A DNA stretch of 47,692 bases from assembly GCA_042577985.1 (NCBI GenBank), contig JBHPDI010000003.1, forward strand, positions 1 through 47,692, written 5' to 3'. Every line of letters starts with the position of its first letter. Position 1 is the first letter of the stretch. A program made the position numbers and the translations under genes. The stretch comes from Halobacteriota archaeon (GTDB taxonomy: Archaea; Halobacteriota; UBA148). Below the pieces are notes generated by a model. That model saw only the letters and a list, made by a program, of their open reading frames with translations. It made no database searches and was not told the origin of the DNA. This document shows positions 28,473-38,060 of this stretch, one piece after another.

Positions 28473-29009
28473 TCAGGGTTTTTCAATGATTATTGACCAT
28501 TGACCTTCTTCTGCATCTATATCTAAAATATAATTTCCAGAATCTGAGATCTCCACTGTTTTAACTCCGTCAAAAGGACCAATTGTATTCACGGGAACCG
28601 CAGTTATGTATTCATAACAGCCGCACCACTCGACATGCTTATCATTTAAGAGCAAAACCGTAAAATTAGAGGATCCGTCATTCTTCATCCTAAATATGTA
28701 CGTGCCACTTTCGAGTTTAAATGGTGGTGTGATTAATGTTCCTTCTCCTGAGAATTTCAGCGGACCTAAATCTAAATTAGATTCTCCTTGAGCTTGCGTA
28801 GAAGTATTTGTAGGTGCTGGCTGTGATATGTGTTGGTGCGTAGGGAGGGGGATAGATACAGGCTTTGGAGTGGGTGTGGAAGCAGCTTCAACTCTTGGTG
28901 CTAGGGGTGGGGCTGGCGTGACTACTACTTCTTCTTCGACACACCCCGAAAAAGCTACAGTTAACATGCTCAATACTAAAACCAAAACCAAGGCAATTTT
29001 CCATTTCAT
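28473..29009 (-). CDS. Lipoprotein of unknown function
   Basis: FSGC lipobox, PT-rich linker, small beta-rich domain containing WCGC. Confidence 0.75.
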   Translation of the reverse strand: MKWKIALVLVLVLSMLTVAFSGCVEEEVVVTPAPPLAPRVEAASTPTPKPVSIPLPTHQHISQPAPTNTSTQAQGESNLDLGPLKFSGEGTLITPPFKLESGTYIFRMKNDGSSNFTVLLLNDKHVEWCGCYEYITAVPVNTIGPFDGVKTVEISDSGNYILDIDAEEGQWSIIIEKP

Positions 29010-29177
29010 TCTTTTTCTAGTTATTCAATACTCATAATGATATAAACTTGCCATATATAATTAGCTTAAATATTGATGTGATTCCTTGTACTCGTTCTGA
29101 GAATTTCATTGATTCTGGCTTAGATAATTCTTGCGATTGCATCGTAAGTTGGTGTCGGAGGTGTAATTTATCAAGTT

Positions 29178-30353
29178 TTAGGTGTTTGAAGTTACTATCA
29201 GATAGCCTTTAAGTTTCCATGCGTCAATCCCACCGTCAATATGGTAGACCTTGGTGAAGCCACTCTCAGCGAGAATCAGACTTGCTTGTTCGCCTCTTCC
29301 GCCCTTTGAACAATAGACGATTATATCATCATTTTTGTCAAGTTCTGTGTGCCTATCAAACACCTCGTCATCTGGGATGTTAATCGCATCCTTTAGATGA
29401 CCTTCTTGATAAAACTCCCCAAAAGTTCTAACATCCAGTATTACAATGTCTGGATTAGAATCGATGAGTTGCTTAGCCTCATCAGCCGAAATTGTTACAA
29501 AAAATGCAGATGTCTGTGGTGTTGTAGATGTTGGTGTTGGTGCTGGCTTTGGTGTAGGCGTAAGTGTAGGTTTTGGGGCGGGTGTTGAAGTTACTACTGG
29601 AAAGCCTTCGCCTATCCATGAACCAATCCCACCACCCATATTGTAGACCTTGTTGAAGCCATTATTAGCAAGAATCTGACTTGCTCGTGAGCCTCTTACA
29701 CCCGTAAGGCAATAGACAATTATGTCATCATTTTTGTCGAGTTCTCCGAGCCTGTCTGGCAACTCCTGAACAGGCATGTTAATTGCACCCTTTATATGTC
29801 CTTCATTGAACTCCTCAACGGTTCTAACATCCAGTATTACAATGTCAGGATTAGAATCGATGATTTGCTTAGCCTCACTAGCCGAAATTGTTACAAATGA
29901 TGCATGTGTGGGCGTTGTTGTAGATGTTGGTATCGGTGACGTTTTTTGTTCTTCGATAGTTATGGAAGACATGTCCACATTCGCGATTATCACCGGACAG
30001 TGTCCCTCAACAAATTCTCTATCCTGCCATTCTGTGCTTTCATTTAAAAAGTGTGCCCAGTCCCCATCTGTATTTTTAAAGATGAAACTAACTTCATATT
30101 TGTCGGTTTCCTGGTCATAAGAAATTATGATTGGCAAACCGTCTTCATCGGTTGTCCCTTCCGCGATTATATCTCCGGCTACATATTTAGGGCTTGGTAA
30201 AGGAGTTGGTGTTGGAGTGGGAGTGGGAGAAGGGGTTGGAGTTGGAGTGAGTACCGGAAGTGGAGTGACGCCCCCATCTTCAACACATCCTGAAAAAGTT
30301 ACGGTTAGTAAACTCAATACTAACATCAAAACCAAAACAATTTTCCACTTCAT
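29178..30353 (-). CDS. Lipoprotein with two rhodanese (sulfurtransferase) domains
   Basis: FSGC lipobox; two copies of ILDVRT..E...GH...AIN; active-site loops YCLTGVRG and YCSKGGRG. Confidence 0.9.
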   Translation of the reverse strand: MKWKIVLVLMLVLSLLTVTFSGCVEDGGVTPLPVLTPTPTPSPTPTPTPTPLPSPKYVAGDIIAEGTTDEDGLPIIISYDQETDKYEVSFIFKNTDGDWAHFLNESTEWQDREFVEGHCPVIIANVDMSSITIEEQKTSPIPTSTTTPTHASFVTISASEAKQIIDSNPDIVILDVRTVEEFNEGHIKGAINMPVQELPDRLGELDKNDDIIVYCLTGVRGSRASQILANNGFNKVYNMGGGIGSWIGEGFPVVTSTPAPKPTLTPTPKPAPTPTSTTPQTSAFFVTISADEAKQLIDSNPDIVILDVRTFGEFYQEGHLKDAINIPDDEVFDRHTELDKNDDIIVYCSKGGRGEQASLILAESGFTKVYHIDGGIDAWKLKGYLIVTSNT

Positions 30354-30517
30354 GGTTTCGACACCTTCTAATATTTATTAGGAAGTAAACAGATATAATA
30401 TAATATGATTATTTAATTGTTTTTCGCTCTGATTAGTGGTATTTAAAGTAAAGTTTGAGTAGTTCTTTGTGTTGCTTATGTTTATAATTCAATAAAAAAA
30501 CTATATTTATTCTTGAA

Positions 30518-31169
30518 CTACCTAATTTGTAATGGAATTGTTCTACGATTTTTCATGATGCATTTAGGTATGTCAATTATCGCATCTACGGAGTCAATGA
30601 TATCTCCATCACTCGTAGCCACCACCGCATCAGAAGTCTTCAGCTTGTGGTCAACACTCCGTATTGTTTCTGCGTTGCCCTCTAGTCCAAACTGAGTTAG
30701 CTTATTTTTAACTTGTCTCGCAAGTTCTCCGCTCTTGCTGACCCGTGAATCAAAGAGGAACAGAACAATAGAAGGAGAGCTTTTAAACAGCATGGTTAAG
30801 ATTTCGGCGAGAGCGACATCAGTAGCCTCTGTCTTTTTGTATTTCCCAAAAAACACCTTTTATATCTCTGATAAAATCATCATCGCATAAAACGATCTCT
30901 TGATCTAACACGCTTTCTGTCGTTATTAAGACGTTGTATCCGTCGATTATCACTTCTAAGCCCTTCATTTCATCACATGCTATAATTTTATCTCTACGTT
31001 TTTGTGCAATGCTTGAGGGGAGCACTGCCCTGGTTATCAAATATCTCTCTGAGAGAGAAAGTTTATAGTGGTTACTTACAAACCGAACGGCGCTTGTTGA
31101 AGGATATCCCCGATCCAGTAGGAATCGTACATCTCTGGCAGGATTTTCAAGATTTTTGAGAAACCTCAT
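30518..31169 (-). pseudogene. DUF434 domain protein split by a frameshift
   Basis: LLDRGYP...FVSNHY, IIDGYNVLIT, RDIKGVF | GKYK...SKSGELA...VATSD; frames join at the T6 run 30848-30853. Confidence 0.75.
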
Positions 31170-31315
31170 TGAATAATCATTTCTTCTTGTGAGATATAAA
31201 AAACTTCATCTATTGAGATGTAAAATATTTCATAGCATATACACTAATATGGGATGTGCAAAGTTATTTGAAATTGATCGCTTTATGGTAATGCAATCCA
31301 AGGGAAGGTAATAAA

Positions 31316-32383
31316 ATGTCAACATGCGGATATAAATTCCGCAATGGAGAGAAATGTAGAGAAGAGACTTGGCAGAACTCTGAGTTTTGCATAATCCATA
31401 TCGAACTCCCAGAAGACGAAGAAAGTGGGGAATTTAAGAGAATAAACGAGCTGAAAGATAAGAAAGTTGAAGAAAAACTAATCCAAAAAGAATTTAATTT
31501 TGAAGGTGCAAAATTATTTGAAGTCGATTTTTCGGGTATGAAAATTAAAAAGAATCTGGATTTTAACCATTCTTTTATCCGAAAAAATGTTTTGTTTAAC
31601 GGAGCTGAGATAGACGGAGTTGTTGGTTTTGGTGGAGCTAAGATCGGTGAATATGCTCTGTTCGAGGGAGCTGCAATATGTGGACGTGTTCTTTTTGAGG
31701 GTGCTGAGATAGGTGGACACGCTTGGTTTGAGGGAGCCAAGATAGAAGGAGATGTCTGGTTTGGCGGAGCTAAAATAGGTGGACATGCTTGGTTTGAGGG
31801 AGCGACGATAGAGGGATATGCTTGGTTTAAAGGAGCTAAGATAGGTGAAGATGCTTGGTTTGAGGGAGCCAATCTGAAGGGAGATGTCAATCTTGATCTT
31901 ACTGAAATAAAAGGAAAGTTGAGTTTTAAGGATACGACCTTCGAAAATCAAGAAGCTCAAGAATATGCATGCAGAAAAGCAAAAAATATTTGGGAAAACC
32001 TGGGTGATAAAGATGAAGCAGATTACTATTATTCCCGTGAAATGGAGGTAAAAAGGAAACAGAAAAAACCCGTTGGTAGATTTTTCGATCTTCTAATCAA
32101 ATACATCTATGGATATGGAACAAAATGGGAAAGAATCTTAAGCATATTTTTCTTAGTCCTATTCGGGTTTGGACTTTTCCTCTGGATTGCTGATGGCATA
32201 GGAGGTGCAGATTTAGGGGAAAATATTTATTCCAGCATCTTTACAGCGACAAATTTGAGATATGTAGATCAAACAAGCCGAGGAGCTTATCAAAGAGTTG
32301 CGATCACTTTAACCTTATTTGGAGCTTTTACGTGGGCTTCGTTAAGGATGATCTTAGCGAGAAAATATGGGAGAAGAGTGTAA
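31316..32383 (+). CDS. Pentapeptide-like (11-aa) repeat protein with a degenerate 2TM K+-channel domain
   Basis: N-terminal C..C..CxxH, about 10 repeats of type AWFEGAKIGGH, GYG before TM1, pore motif reads TATNLRYVD. Confidence 0.8.
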   Translation: MSTCGYKFRNGEKCREETWQNSEFCIIHIELPEDEESGEFKRINELKDKKVEEKLIQKEFNFEGAKLFEVDFSGMKIKKNLDFNHSFIRKNVLFNGAEIDGVVGFGGAKIGEYALFEGAAICGRVLFEGAEIGGHAWFEGAKIEGDVWFGGAKIGGHAWFEGATIEGYAWFKGAKIGEDAWFEGANLKGDVNLDLTEIKGKLSFKDTTFENQEAQEYACRKAKNIWENLGDKDEADYYYSREMEVKRKQKKPVGRFFDLLIKYIYGYGTKWERILSIFFLVLFGFGLFLWIADGIGGADLGENIYSSIFTATNLRYVDQTSRGAYQRVAITLTLFGAFTWASLRMILARKYGRRV

Positions 32384-32474
32384 TACAAGATAGAATTTCA
32401 TATAGGATATGCTGTGCTGATATGATATATGTATATTAAATTAAGTAAGGTATACGCTCTAGGAAGGTGATAAA

Positions 32475-33791
32475 ATGGAAACATGCGAATATGTATTCCA
32501 TAATAAAGAAAAATGTGTGGAAAATGTTCTGAAAAATTCTGAGTTTTGCATACTTCATATCGACCTCCCAGAAGACGAAGAAAGTGAAGAGTTTAAGAAA
32601 ATAAACGAGTCAAAAAAGAAGAAAGTCGAAGAAAAAGTAAGCAAAGAAGATTTTAATTTTGAAGGTGTAAAATTACTTGAAATCGATTTTTCGGGTATGA
32701 AAATTAAAAATGATATTGATTTTAACCATTCTGTTATCAGAAAAAATGCTTTGTTTATAAAAGCGACGATAGGTGGAGATGCTAGGTTTATAAAAGCGAC
32801 GATAGGTGGAGATGCTAGGTTTATAAAAGCGACGATAGGTGGAGATGCTAGGTTTGGGGGAGCGACGATAGACGGCTATGCTAGGTTTGGGGGAGCGACG
32901 ATAGGTAAAAGCGCTAGGTTTGAGGGAGCGACGATAGGTAAAAGCGCTAGGTTTGAGGGAGCGACGATAGGTAAAAGCGCTAGGTTTGGGAGAGTAAGGA
33001 TAGGTAGAAATGCTTGGTTTAAGGGAGCGATGATATGTTTAGATGCTTGGTTTAAGGGAGCTATAATAGGTGGAGATGCTTGGTTTGAGGGAGCGAAGAT
33101 AGGTGGAAATGTTAGGTTTGAGGGAGCTACTATAGGTTTAAATGCTGGGTTTAAGGGAGCCAAGATATGTAAAGATGCTTCTTTTGATAGGACTAAAATA
33201 GGGGAAAAAATAGAGTTTAAAGGTACGACTTTCAAAAATCCAGAAGCTCAAAAAAATGCATGTAGGACAGCAAAAAATATTTGGGCAAAATCGGGTGACA
33301 GAGAGGAGGAAGACTACTATCATTATCATGAAATGGAAGCAAAAAGAAAGCAAAAATATAAAGAGTTCTCTTTAAAGCCTTTCTTAAAGCTGATACGTAA
33401 ATTAAGATTAGAAAAGCTGATAAGCAACCATATAGAATTTTTTGAGGAGAAACGAAGTATATATTACGGCTTTTTAGATCTTCCAATCCAATATATCTTC
33501 GGATATGGCATTTATCCATTTAGGGTTATAGCAGCATGGGGCTTAACTGTTCTTCTCTTTGCACTATACTTCTGGATTTTTAATGGCGTAGGAAGGGTCG
33601 GAAATGGCGTAGAAAATGCGGAGTCTTTCTTGGAAAATCTTTATTTCAGCATCTTTACAGCGACAACATTAGGCTATGGAGACTACAGGCCAAACCCCGG
33701 ACATCAATTAATGGCAGGCATATTAGCCATCTTTGGAACTTTTATGTGGGCGGCATTCATTACTATATTCGCAAGAAAATACATGAGGTGA
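32475..33791 (+). CDS. Pentapeptide-like (11-aa) repeat protein with an intact 2TM K+-channel domain
   Basis: Paralog of the upstream gene; about 14 repeats; LYFSIFTATTLGYGD selectivity filter. Confidence 0.85.
   Translation: METCEYVFHNKEKCVENVLKNSEFCILHIDLPEDEESEEFKKINESKKKKVEEKVSKEDFNFEGVKLLEIDFSGMKIKNDIDFNHSVIRKNALFIKATIGGDARFIKATIGGDARFIKATIGGDARFGGATIDGYARFGGATIGKSARFEGATIGKSARFEGATIGKSARFGRVRIGRNAWFKGAMICLDAWFKGAIIGGDAWFEGAKIGGNVRFEGATIGLNAGFKGAKICKDASFDRTKIGEKIEFKGTTFKNPEAQKNACRTAKNIWAKSGDREEEDYYHYHEMEAKRKQKYKEFSLKPFLKLIRKLRLEKLISNHIEFFEEKRSIYYGFLDLPIQYIFGYGIYPFRVIAAWGLTVLLFALYFWIFNGVGRVGNGVENAESFLENLYFSIFTATTLGYGDYRPNPGHQLMAGILAIFGTFMWAAFITIFARKYMR
32754..32990 (+). repeat. 33-bp intragenic tandem repeats, several exact
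   Basis: TTTATAAAAGCGACGATAGGTGGAGATGCTAGG x3 exact, then GGGAGCGACGATAGGTAAAAGCGCTAGGTTTG x3. Confidence 0.9.
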
Positions 33792-33932
33792 GTTTATAGA
33801 TATATAAAAGGAAATCCAGTCAAGTTTTAAGACGCCTAAAAAAGATTCAGCCGAGAAATTCTTTCCATAGATTTACCGGAGTGGGAATGATTAATAATCA
33901 ACGAGTTAAAGTAAAGTAAAGAAAGTGATAAT

Positions 33933-34655
33933 GTGATCGACTACTACGACTGCCACTGCCATGTTGATATGTTAGAAGAGTCTGTTCTGGAAGAATGCAA
34001 GAATTCACACATCAACATAGTAGCGGTCTCCACTGACATAAAGTCCTATGATAAAACATCTGAATTAAGAGATAGGGGTTTGATTATAGCTAAACAATTT
34101 CTCGGCTACCATCCTGATAGCGTCATACCCGAAAATCTCTCCCATGTGGAAAAAGTCCTGAATCTTATCAATGCAAATCAAGTAGAAGGAATAGGAGAAA
34201 TGGGTCTTGATTTAAGCTCGAGATTTATGCAACATAAAGACTTACAAACAAAGGTATTTAAAAAGTTTCTCGAAACAGCAGAAACAAAAAATCTGCCAGT
34301 AAATATCCATTCTAGAAAAGCTCAGCCCCAAGTTCTGGAAATATTAAAAAATTATAGGATTAAAACATTCCTTCACTGGTTTTGCGGTAGCAAAAAACTA
34401 CTCAAAGAAGCCATTGATCTCGGTTATTATATCGGATTTACTCCAGCTTGCTTAAAGTCGAATAGGTACAATAAGCTGATTAAAACTACTCCTATTGAGT
34501 CTATACTAACAGAAAGCGATGCACCAGTCTATGAGATGTCTCCCCAGGATATGCCTCTGCTGATAGAGAGAATTGCTAGTTTAAAAGAGATTTCGCCAAG
34601 AGAAGTGGCAGATGCCATTAAAACAAATTACTTGAAATGGATCGGAGAAATTTAA
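33933..34655 (+). CDS. tatD: TatD family nuclease
   Basis: DCHCH, GYHP, IGEMGLD, IHSR, HWF, TESDAP. Confidence 0.9.
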   Translation: MIDYYDCHCHVDMLEESVLEECKNSHINIVAVSTDIKSYDKTSELRDRGLIIAKQFLGYHPDSVIPENLSHVEKVLNLINANQVEGIGEMGLDLSSRFMQHKDLQTKVFKKFLETAETKNLPVNIHSRKAQPQVLEILKNYRIKTFLHWFCGSKKLLKEAIDLGYYIGFTPACLKSNRYNKLIKTTPIESILTESDAPVYEMSPQDMPLLIERIASLKEISPREVADAIKTNYLKWIGEI

Positions 34656-34912
34656 CTTTCTGATTCTTTTTTATGGATTTAGAAAAGCCAAAAGTAAACA
34701 TTTGAGATCCTTTAATCTGGATCAAAGCATATCTGGTCAAGTTAGAAGCCCTAATATCTGGGGGAGTGGTGATTTGGGTATTTCAAAAAAAAAATTCAAA
34801 TTCCATTATAATATATCTTTATTCATCATTTCTGAAAAAAAAATATTTAACATAGGTGAAATAAAATAGCATAACACGCATAACATAAACGCTAAAATAA
34901 TCTATCAAGCAT

Positions 34913-34984
34913 GCGGCTATGGTTTAGTGGTTATGACATGAGCTTCCCAAGCTCAGAACCCGGGTTCAAATCCCGGTAGCCGCA
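34913..34984 (+). tRNA. tRNA-Gly(CCC)
   Basis: GCGGCTA acceptor, TGAGC TT-CCC-AA GCTCA, GGTTCAAATCC. Confidence 0.95.
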
Positions 34985-35061
34985 CTCAAGAAAGGGTATC
35001 TCTTCAATAAACCATCTTACAATGATATATAACTAATAAAATTCGATCATCTCACCCCACA

Positions 35062-35832
35062 TCAACATATAGACGCCCTGTCTGGTGCCTCTCCACAGTC
35101 ACAATTTCTCTCGTCTGGCAGAATTGAGAGGGTCTTCCCGAGAATCTCATTGAGACTTTCCTGTTTATCCCCAACAAAGGAAATTATTTGGCTAATTACC
35201 GGCTTTTCATAAGAGATGCCGGCTGCTGGGTTTGCAGCCAGTGCTATGGCGGCATAGCAGATTCCCGCTTCCCTAGCTAAGATGCACTCTTTGGCAACTG
35301 TCATCCCAATCACATCCCCTCCCAGAAGTGCGAACATCCGTATCTCCGCACTAGTTTCAAATCGGGGACCTTCAACGCAGACGTAGTTTCCTTTTTGATG
35401 CAAGCTCATTTCCAGTGCTTTTGATGCTTTCAGAAGGATTTTCCTAAGCTCTGGACAATAGGGATTTGTCATTTCAATGTGTGCCACATCTTCATCATGA
35501 AATGTCAGGTTTTGCTTCGTAAAATCCAGAAATTGATCCAACAATATGAAATCCCCTGGTTTAATATCAGAATTTATGCTTCCCACGGCGGTCGTTCCAA
35601 TAATCCTTTCGACACCCATGGCCTTCAGTGCAGAAATATTCGCTCGGTGATTTATCTTATGAGGAGGTATCTTATGCCCTTTACCATGCCTTGCCAAAAA
35701 GATGATCTCTTTGCCCCCATACTGCCCCACCATTATTTTAGCAGAACCATATTCAGTCTGGATGACTTTCTCTCTTGACTCAAGCAATGCAATATCATAA
35801 ACACCACTTCCACCTATTATAGCAATTCTCAT
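35062..35832 (-). CDS. mtnP: MTAP-family purine nucleoside phosphorylase (methylthioadenosine/methylthioinosine)
   Basis: IIGGSG, LARHG, PPHKIN.RAN, EGPRFET.AE, IGMT; start taken at ATG 35832. Confidence 0.85.
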   Translation of the reverse strand: MRIAIIGGSGVYDIALLESREKVIQTEYGSAKIMVGQYGGKEIIFLARHGKGHKIPPHKINHRANISALKAMGVERIIGTTAVGSINSDIKPGDFILLDQFLDFTKQNLTFHDEDVAHIEMTNPYCPELRKILLKASKALEMSLHQKGNYVCVEGPRFETSAEIRMFALLGGDVIGMTVAKECILAREAGICYAAIALAANPAAGISYEKPVISQIISFVGDKQESLNEILGKTLSILPDERNCDCGEAPDRASIC

Positions 35833-35846
35833 AGGATCACCTAACC

Positions 35847-36635
35847 TCACATCAAAGAAGGATGCCAATATTTTTTACCCTGTACCTCTTTCCTCGCATC
35901 CCACTCACTGAGTATCTTAACCGCTTCACTAGCGACTTGAGCTGCGTCTTTCTCTCCTCTCAACTCAAACTTGTCTGGGCCGACTTCGAACACCGTACAA
36001 ATGGACCCCGCCCTGATCCCGAAGAGATTTGCCAACGTTAATATAGTTGCTGTCTCCATCTCTAAGTTAAGCACTCTTGCCTTTTGAAGATCTGAAATCA
36101 AATTTTCTGTCATGCTTGATTTATATCCGCTGAAACCGGCCCTTCCTTGACCACAATAGAAAGAATCCGTCGATGCGGTAATTCCCACATGGTAGTTACA
36201 TCCTAAGAGTTCTGCCGCATCCATCAGTGCTAGAACGACCTCATAGCTCGCAACAGCCGGATATTCCGGGCGTACGTATTGTTTACTGGTCCCTTCGAGG
36301 CGCACTGCACCGGCAGATATCACAAGGTTGCCGCACTTGATATTTGGCTGGATAGTACCGCAACTTCCAACTCGTATCATCGTGTCCACGCCAATTCTTG
36401 CCAACTCCTCTACTGCAATCCCAGCAGATGGGCTGCCTATCCCAGTGGATACGGCACTAATGGGCACTCCTTTGTACACCCCTGTGTTTGTCTTATATTC
36501 TCGGTGGCTTGCCACTTCTTGGAAGCCATCCCATAGTTTGGAGATTATTGATATTCTTGCAGGATCTCCGGGTAGCAAAACATATCGTGCTACATCTCCT
36601 TTACAACAATCGATATGATATTGTCTTCTTTCCAT
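35847..36635 (-). CDS. udp: Uridine phosphorylase family nucleoside phosphorylase
   Basis: QYHI, LLPGDPAR, STGIGSPS, RVGSCG, RLEGTS, EMETA; start taken at ATG 36635. Confidence 0.88.
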   Translation of the reverse strand: MERRQYHIDCCKGDVARYVLLPGDPARISIISKLWDGFQEVASHREYKTNTGVYKGVPISAVSTGIGSPSAGIAVEELARIGVDTMIRVGSCGTIQPNIKCGNLVISAGAVRLEGTSKQYVRPEYPAVASYEVVLALMDAAELLGCNYHVGITASTDSFYCGQGRAGFSGYKSSMTENLISDLQKARVLNLEMETATILTLANLFGIRAGSICTVFEVGPDKFELRGEKDAAQVASEAVKILSEWDARKEVQGKKYWHPSLM

Positions 36636-36797
36636 CCTAGTCCTTCCGTCAGTTCTTGTACTGCTTTTATCTATACATTGACTGATATATAGCTGTATAT
36701 CTTGTATTGACAAATCTAGGAATTTTTTTCCAAAAGTTTTTATCTGAGATTTTGGAAAAAATAATTTTAAGTATAAGTTATGCAAGAGAGTTGACGA

Positions 36798-37352
36798 ATG
36801 AATAAATCATTAGTTCCTAAGAAAATGTTTTTTACTAGAGGTGTTGGAAGGCATAAAGAAAAGCTAAGCTCATATGAGCTGGCACTAAGAGACGCTAGGA
36901 TAGAAAAATATAATCTTGTTACTGTTTCGAGCATTTTTCCGCCTGGCTGTAAGATAGTCCCAAGAAATCACGATTTAGGTGGACTGGAACCGGGACAAGT
37001 CGTATTTTGTGTAATGGCAAAGAATGCCACAAATGAGCATAATAGGCTAATTGCCGCCTCGGTTGGATGTGCAATACCCTCAGATCGAAAGGCATATGGC
37101 TACTTAAGTGAACACCACTCTTTTGGTGAGACTGAACAAATAGCGGGGGATTATGCAGAAGATCTGGCTGCATCTATGTTGGCATCCACATTAGGTGTTG
37201 AATTTGATCCGAATGTTAGTTATGATGAGAAGAGAGAGCTCTGGAGAATTAGCGGTAAAATAGTCAGGACGAAGAACATAACTCAATCTACCGTTGGTGG
37301 CAAGAACGGCTCTTGGACGACTGTTTTAGCTGCTGCCGTATTCTTGATCTAG
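36798..37352 (+). CDS. pdaD: Pyruvoyl-dependent arginine decarboxylase
   Basis: [12 protein letters not shown] autocleavage site, [15 protein letters not shown]. Confidence 0.93.
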   Translation: MNKSLVPKKMFFTRGVGRHKEKLSSYELALRDARIEKYNLVTVSSIFPPGCKIVPRNHDLGGLEPGQVVFCVMAKNATNEHNRLIAASVGCAIPSDRKAYGYLSEHHSFGETEQIAGDYAEDLAASMLASTLGVEFDPNVSYDEKRELWRISGKIVRTKNITQSTVGGKNGSWTTVLAAAVFLI

Positions 37353-37387
37353 TTTTTGCCACTAGTAATCGGGATGGATTAAAGGGC

Positions 37388-38011
37388 TCATTCACCATCT
37401 CCACTCTCTTTTTTACGCTTGATTACAACGATCTCCCCTAACGTAAGTTCTTTTGGAGTCTGTACGTCCAACTTAGTTTCCGCTAATCTTTCAGTTAGCT
37501 TGATGTCCAGAGTATGCTCCAATTTCCTTCGCACATCATTTTCTGGCACAATTTCTCCGCGCTCTATTTTACCTATCAGAGATGACTTTTCTTTTAATAT
37601 AGATGCAAGCTCTTCTTGGGTCCAACCATGCGATTGGCGCGCTCGGTGTATTATTTCATAAAAATTTTGGACAAGCTCTTCACCCATTTGATCATATTTA
37701 GCTCTGCTTTTTTTGATTTTTTTAATGTGTGCCTCTTTTCCCCTAAGCAAACTACGTTTCAGTTGGTTCTCCTCCCGAGTATGCTTGCCCACATTACTCA
37801 CATCCCCGAATCCAAACGTGGGAGATCTCTCGCCGATATCCGAAATGATAGAAACTTTTTGTTCTCCGATCACCGAAGGTCTCCTATTTTCATGGGGCGG
37901 AAATCCTTCGTATTGTGCACATTTATCACATGTATTTAGATTGGACTTCTCTATTTTGATCTCATGTACATATCCTTTGATCTCAGCGCCACATATTTCG
38001 CAGTACACCAT
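37388..38011 (-). CDS. mbf1: Archaeal multiprotein bridging factor aMBF1
   Basis: CEICG...CDKC zinc ribbon, HTH TQEELA...IERG, TLGEIV; divergent from pan. Confidence 0.88.
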   Translation of the reverse strand: MVYCEICGAEIKGYVHEIKIEKSNLNTCDKCAQYEGFPPHENRRPSVIGEQKVSIISDIGERSPTFGFGDVSNVGKHTREENQLKRSLLRGKEAHIKKIKKSRAKYDQMGEELVQNFYEIIHRARQSHGWTQEELASILKEKSSLIGKIERGEIVPENDVRRKLEHTLDIKLTERLAETKLDVQTPKELTLGEIVVIKRKKESGDGE

Positions 38012-38060
38012 AGCAAGAAGTATATACAACATGAACCTAATTAATATTACGTGATTATAG

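Noticed and set aside
31590-33230. Repeats as a CRISPR array or DGR template/variable pair
   Set aside because: In-frame coding repeats without spacers; no reverse transcriptase in the window; variation not adenine-specific
31264-33235. Antisense Pro-rich repeat ORFs (31264-31890, 32876-33235)
   Set aside because: Mirror of the 33-bp repeats on the coding strand
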